Part shown: in pieces, positions 59,504-64,000 of the stretch
Layout of the letters: each line of letters starts with the position of its first letter
How positions within the stretch are numbered: the stretch's first letter is position 1
Translations under genes and position numbers: made by a program
The notes under the pieces: model-generated
The model's input: the letters and a program-made list of their open reading frames with translations, nothing else
Told to the model about the DNA's origin: nothing
Databases searched by the model: none
Source of the DNA: Candidatus Poribacteria bacterium
GTDB taxonomy: Bacteria > Poribacteria > WGA-4E > PCPOR2b
Direction: 5' to 3'
DNA length: 64,000 bases
Assembly: GCA_965215015.1 (NCBI GenBank)
Contig: OZ244042.1
Location: forward strand, 4,032,001-4,096,000

Positions 59504-60295
59504 TTGACTTGGAGGCTTATCCACACCGATAAAAATAACGCCGCCATAAACATGGCAATTGATGAGGCGATGCTTTTGACACAGAAAGATGGCTTCCAAC
59601 CGACGCTGCGGTTTTATGACTGGCTGCAACCGGCGTTTAGCTTCGGCTATTTCCAGCAGATTTCAGAGGAGGTAGATGTCGCAGCGTGTGCCGCGCATGG
59701 CCTCGAGCTGGTTCGACGAATGACCGGCGGCGGCACAGTCATACACGGTTGGGATGTGACCTATACCATTGTCGTCCCTCACGGTTCTGGGAAATTTCCG
59801 AAGGATGTTTCGGCGGCATACTGTGCCATTAGCGACTGCCTAATCAACGGATTACAGCGATTAAACATTGACGTCGCACCCCAGATCGAAAAACCGACAG
59901 GGGGGAATGCTCCCAATATTTGCCTCACCCATCCAGTCCAGTACGATATTTTGCTCAACGGAAGAAAGATTGCGGGCGTTTCCCAGCGCCGCAATCAAAC
60001 AGGCGTGATGTACCAAGGATACATCGCTCTTGATCTTCCCGCCTCAGATACCTTAGCCCTCGCTTCAAGACGAGTCAGCTTTAATCAGGTAACAGTGGGG
60101 AAATCCACTGCGATCAACCGGGACCGATCTGCCCCAATTTATCGGAAACAGCTTGAAGATGCAGTTGCCGTTGGATTTGAGGAAACGCTCGGCGTCCGAT
60201 TCGCTGAAACCGAACTGTCTCCTCAAGAGCAAGAGACCACTGAATCTCTCGCACAGACAAAGTACGGGTCCGCCGCATGGAATTTCTGTCGATAA
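59504..60295 (+). CDS. Lipoate-protein ligase / octanoyltransferase (LipM/LplA-like catalytic domain)
   Basis: NMAIDEA, PTLRFY.W, GYFQ, RRMTGGGTVIH and KIAG.SQ motifs. Confidence 0.9.
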   Translation: MTWRLIHTDKNNAAINMAIDEAMLLTQKDGFQPTLRFYDWLQPAFSFGYFQQISEEVDVAACAAHGLELVRRMTGGGTVIHGWDVTYTIVVPHGSGKFPKDVSAAYCAISDCLINGLQRLNIDVAPQIEKPTGGNAPNICLTHPVQYDILLNGRKIAGVSQRRNQTGVMYQGYIALDLPASDTLALASRRVSFNQVTVGKSTAINRDRSAPIYRKQLEDAVAVGFEETLGVRFAETELSPQEQETTESLAQTKYGSAAWNFCR

Positions 60296-61383
60296 ACCAA
60301 AGTGGTGCCCGTTCAAATGCATCACGGGATTGGGATGATGTTCTTATTCCACAGAGCGCGTTCATTATGGGCACCGACATCGAGCCGTTCTACGGCACAA
60401 TTTTAGTACAGTCTCGGTATGCTAAACTGGATGAGGGACCGATACATGTTCGGTTTCTTGAGCCGTATCGGATCGCTCGCTATCCGGTCACAAATGCAGA
60501 ATATGAAGTCTTTGTGAATGAGACAGGGCATACACCGCCACCCCACTGGAAAGCTAGGAAAGTTCCCCCGGCCGAAGCGACCTTACCCGTTGTTCACATC
60601 AATTGGCATGATGCAAATGCCTATGCCCAATGGGCGCAAGGACGGCTTCCAACCGAAGCAGAATGGGAGAAGGCGGCCAGGGGTGCCGATGGTCGTATTT
60701 ACCCGTGGGGAAATGAATTTGAGCCTGCCGCGAATCAGGGGGCGAGCATTCTTACAGGTCAACTTACACCGGTAGGGAATTGTCCTGCTGCTGTAAGTCC
60801 CTACGGCGTGGAAGAGGTCGCCGGAAATGTGTGGGAGTGGACCGCCGACTGGTATCAACCGTATGAGGGAAACCCCCATCGAGATGGTGACTATGGAGAA
60901 AAACATAAGGTCTTGCGGGGAGGTTCATGGTTGGAGGTTCGGGACGAGACCGCCAATCGATATTTCCGATGTGCCAACCGTTTGCACGCCCCCCCCAATT
61001 ATAACGCAAGCAATATCGGTTTTCGATGTGTCCGAGATGTCGCGCCAGTCCGTTTGAACCCCGATGCTACCGGGAAGGGGTCACCGGCCTATTCAACGCA
61101 AATATCCGCTGAACTGTTGAACAAATATGTCAGACAGGAGAGGCAGAAGAATTTGCAGAGGATTCGCAAACGTGCCCGAGGCCGCTGCCTCAGTGACTTT
61201 AGTATTGCCTCCCTCGCAATTGGCATTGGCTACTACGGCATGATGACATCGAAGTTCGTAATAGGCGGGTTTACATTGGGAATGATTGGTCTCGGTTTTT
61301 TGTTCAGCGCAGGCGTGAATTTCTGGCGCCAGTGGAAGGCGAGAAATCTCCTAAATTCACACAAAATGAAAAGACAATCCTGA
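60277..61383 (+). CDS. FGE-sulfatase (SUMF1/EgtB/PvdO) domain protein with C-terminal TM helices
   Basis: PVTNAEY, RLPTEAEWEKAARG, YPWG, GNVWEW, VLRGGSW and IGFRC motifs. Confidence 0.88.
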   Translation: MEFLSINQSGARSNASRDWDDVLIPQSAFIMGTDIEPFYGTILVQSRYAKLDEGPIHVRFLEPYRIARYPVTNAEYEVFVNETGHTPPPHWKARKVPPAEATLPVVHINWHDANAYAQWAQGRLPTEAEWEKAARGADGRIYPWGNEFEPAANQGASILTGQLTPVGNCPAAVSPYGVEEVAGNVWEWTADWYQPYEGNPHRDGDYGEKHKVLRGGSWLEVRDETANRYFRCANRLHAPPNYNASNIGFRCVRDVAPVRLNPDATGKGSPAYSTQISAELLNKYVRQERQKNLQRIRKRARGRCLSDFSIASLAIGIGYYGMMTSKFVIGGFTLGMIGLGFLFSAGVNFWRQWKARNLLNSHKMKRQS

Positions 61384-61420
61384 TGCTGTTTAGGGGCTTG
61401 GCGGGGGCTTTTGGGTTGAG

Positions 61421-62956
61421 ATGAATGCAAATGATACGGATCGGCGTCTCAAGTCACGTGGTGTTATACTGCTGCTCTCGGTTTCGATTATTGCAATTTG
61501 TGCGATTGTTTATGAACTGGGAATCGGGAGTTTATCTTCTTACCTTTTGGGCAACAGCATCTATCAATTTTCGATTACAATCGGGCTGTTTATGACAGCG
61601 ATGGGGATTGGATCGTATCTATCGAAATATATCACCCGTCAACTTATCACAGCGTTTATTCGGGTTGAGCTGGTAATTGGATGCATCGGCGGTTTTTCCT
61701 GCCCTATTCTTTTTGCGGCGTACAGCTTCAAGTTCTTCTACGTCCCGATTATGTGGATATTGATTATTCTCATTGGGACGCTGATTGGCTTGGAACTTCC
61801 GCTGCTGACCCGAATCTTTCGCGAATATACAACCCTACGAATTGCCCTAGCCAATGCCCTCACCTTTGATTATCTGGGCGGCTTAATCGGTTCCCTTGCG
61901 TTTCCGCTGCTGTTGTTACCCCTGTTGGGAATTTTTGAGACTTCGCTGGTCATGGGGCTTACTAACATAGCTGTTGTGATTGCCAACTTGATTCTGTTTC
62001 GGCGCGAAATTCAGCACTTCAAGCAGACTGTTGCGGTGGCTGTGTTGGTAACAATGGGCTTGATTGTAGCTCTGGTGATTAGCGATCCGGTGAGCGGCTA
62101 TCTTGAGCAGCGTGTCTACACCGACCGGATCATCCTATCGACGGACTCTAAATATCAACGGATTGTGGTGACACGCTGGAAGGACGATATTCGCCTCTAC
62201 ATCAATGGGCGTTTGCAGTTCAGCGCGCTCGACGAGTATCGTTATCATGAAGCACTGATTCATCCGGCAGCTTCGCTGGTTCCTTCGCGGGCGCGGGTGC
62301 TTGTTCTTGGCGGTGGCGATGGACTTGCGGCGCGCGAAATCTTGAAATATGACGATGTGGACGAAATCACGGTGGTTGACCTTGACCCGATGATAACGGA
62401 ACTTGCATCTACAGACAGCGCACTGCGCCGCCTCAACCAAGACGCACTCCACAATCCAAAGGTGAAGATGATTAATCAGGATGCCCAGCAGTTTCTCCAA
62501 GCAACTCATCAACGCTATAATTTAATTATCATCGACCTCCCGGATCCCGGCGATGAGTCGCTCGTGTCGCTTTATTCAGATACATTCTATCGCCTCGTCA
62601 AACGTCATCTCGCCAAAGATGGGCTCGCGGTGACGCAGAGCAGCTCTCCCTTTTTTGCACAACATGCGTTCTGGTGTATCCATCAGACGATCGAATTCGC
62701 CGGATTGTATACGACCGCTTACCATGTGAATGTGCCGAGTTTCGGTGAATGGGGATTTAATCTTTTTGGTGAATGGCAAATCGATCCACAGAAGATTACG
62801 ATAACGGTGCCAACTCGTTTCCTATCCAACGAATCGCTCCCGCCACTATTCATCTTCGATAAAGATATCGATGAGGTTGACACGCAAATCAATACCCTTT
62901 TGACGCCAATTCTACTTTTCTATCATCGGGAGGGGTGGGAGTCGTGGGGGTTATAG
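61421..62956 (+). CDS. speE: Membrane-fused polyamine aminopropyltransferase (spermidine synthase)
   Basis: About 7 N-terminal TM helices; YQRI, LQFS.LDEYRYHE, LVLGGGDG, IIDLPDP and VPSFGEWGF motifs. Confidence 0.92.
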   Translation: MNANDTDRRLKSRGVILLLSVSIIAICAIVYELGIGSLSSYLLGNSIYQFSITIGLFMTAMGIGSYLSKYITRQLITAFIRVELVIGCIGGFSCPILFAAYSFKFFYVPIMWILIILIGTLIGLELPLLTRIFREYTTLRIALANALTFDYLGGLIGSLAFPLLLLPLLGIFETSLVMGLTNIAVVIANLILFRREIQHFKQTVAVAVLVTMGLIVALVISDPVSGYLEQRVYTDRIILSTDSKYQRIVVTRWKDDIRLYINGRLQFSALDEYRYHEALIHPAASLVPSRARVLVLGGGDGLAAREILKYDDVDEITVVDLDPMITELASTDSALRRLNQDALHNPKVKMINQDAQQFLQATHQRYNLIIIDLPDPGDESLVSLYSDTFYRLVKRHLAKDGLAVTQSSSPFFAQHAFWCIHQTIEFAGLYTTAYHVNVPSFGEWGFNLFGEWQIDPQKITITVPTRFLSNESLPPLFIFDKDIDEVDTQINTLLTPILLFYHREGWESWGL

Positions 62957-63008
62957 AAAAATCCTGCTTGGCAACCGTGACATCATCTCTTTCTGATAGG
63001 AGCCTTAA

Positions 63009-64000
63009 ATGCAAATTGAAACGTTAATTGACAACATACAAACCAATACGTTGCACAAAACCCTCGAGACCCTGCTGCCGCAAAGTGTCAGTTTAGATAT
63101 TGCGACTGGAACGTTTGAAATTGGCGCGTTTCTATCGCTCGGAGAAACATGGCAACATTTAGATGGAATCCGCCTCCTTATGGGCGACGAGACCACGCGG
63201 CGGACAAAAGAACAGATTGTCAAGGCTTTGCAAGAAATGACCAATAACAGTCTTGAATCCGAAAAAGAAAGGGACGATACCCTCCAAGGGCTTGCCGCTG
63301 TACGGGCGGCGATTCGCTGCGGACAGATTAAGGTTCGTGTTTATGACAGAGCCAAGTTTCACGCGAAACTTAACCTGATGTGTGCTCAACAGCCAAGCCC
63401 TGTCAACTTTGCTACTGTTGGCAGCTCTAACTTTACCCGCCCAGGCCTCACCCAAAATGTCGAATTAAACTGTTTCATCACCGATGCTACGCATATCGCT
63501 AAGCTTCGCGATTGGTACGAGGCACGCTGGACGGAAGCCTCTGAGGTCCAAGCAGAACTCCTGCGTGTCATTGAACGGCATCTCAAGCAGTATAGTCCGT
63601 TTACCGTCTACGCGAAAGCACTTCACGCGCACTTTAAGGGACGTGAAAAACCTGTTGATGAGTGGGAAGAAAACGAATCGGTTATCTATTCGACACTTTC
63701 ACAATACCAAAAGGATGGGTACCATGCTGCGCTCCAAATAGCAGATACCTGGAATGGAGCTCTTATCTGCGATGGTGTCGGAAGTGGAAAAACCTACATC
63801 GGCCTAATGTTACTCGAACGCTGTCTAAGAGATGGCAAGCGTGTTTTGCTCATCACCCCAAAGTCGGTTGCCGAGAGCGTTTGGAACAGCCGGATTGAAC
63901 ACCACTTTCGATTCAAATACGGTCGCCTGCTCCGCGAACACTACGATATCAAACTGCATACCGATTTCAGCCGCCAAGGCGGAATCACCGATGAAGATTA
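63009..64000 (+). CDS. Partial (3'-truncated) PLD-nuclease domain + SF2/SNF2-like helicase
   Basis: Not in the ORF track because it has no stop in the window. Translated by hand from ATG 63009 (AGGAG RBS): MQIETLIDN..DIATGTFEIG..KFHAKL..VGSSNFT.PGL..NVELN..ICDGVGSGKTYIG. Confidence 0.85.
   Translation, partial: MQIETLIDNIQTNTLHKTLETLLPQSVSLDIATGTFEIGAFLSLGETWQHLDGIRLLMGDETTRRTKEQIVKALQEMTNNSLESEKERDDTLQGLAAVRAAIRCGQIKVRVYDRAKFHAKLNLMCAQQPSPVNFATVGSSNFTRPGLTQNVELNCFITDATHIAKLRDWYEARWTEASEVQAELLRVIERHLKQYSPFTVYAKALHAHFKGREKPVDEWEENESVIYSTLSQYQKDGYHAALQIADTWNGALICDGVGSGKTYIGLMLLERCLRDGKRVLLITPKSVAESVWNSRIEHHFRFKYGRLLREHYDIKLHTDFSRQGGITDED

Noticed and set aside
61048-61085. REP-like in-frame insertion (CCCGATGCTACCGGG) in the FGE-domain gene
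   Set aside because: Only weakly similar to the intergenic CCCGATGAATCGGG units; cannot be supported without orthologues.
60277-61383. Active formylglycine-generating enzyme
   Set aside because: Lacks the catalytic cysteine pair after RGGS; called only as an FGE-fold domain.
61421-62956. Functional link between membrane speE and the pspA/YjfI-like pair
   Set aside because: They co-cluster in some bacteria, but here they are 43 kb apart and the usual partner genes are absent.

Overview
A bacterial window of about 50% GC. Repeated C-terminal 'WGx[IL][KR]' motifs, a DUF6785-type transporter, beta-propeller proteins and a DUF5916 protein suggest a Poribacteria-like lineage (inference, not verified). 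About 45 genes are supported. 1-20 kb is housekeeping and envelope (mobA, moeA, gpmI, pspA, peptidases, glycosyltransferases). At 20.8-24.3 kb a TonB-dependent receptor is bracketed by two inverted, diverged copies of a ~310-nt non-coding element that ends in an IS200/IS605-type right-end hairpin. 25-43.6 kb looks like an O2-responsive N2O-respiration island. It has a globin-coupled histidine kinase, a sigma54 activator, a USP/LonC/Hsp20/CBS stress cassette, two divergent sigma54 promoters, three identical palindromic sites spaced exactly 41 bp apart, and a clade II nosZ cluster in which NosB-NosB-NosD-NosF form one 1145-aa ORF. At 47.7-53.3 kb a ~1.1-kb duplication carries a CxxC/RAPP (DUF2946-like) leader peptide in front of a His-rich lipoprotein and a chimeric TonB receptor. 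The window ends in a truncated PLD-helicase gene. Intergenic DNA is a dense mosaic of MITE/REP-like repeats. I found no rRNA, tRNA or CRISPR array. All calls come from visual motif recognition; no database search was run.
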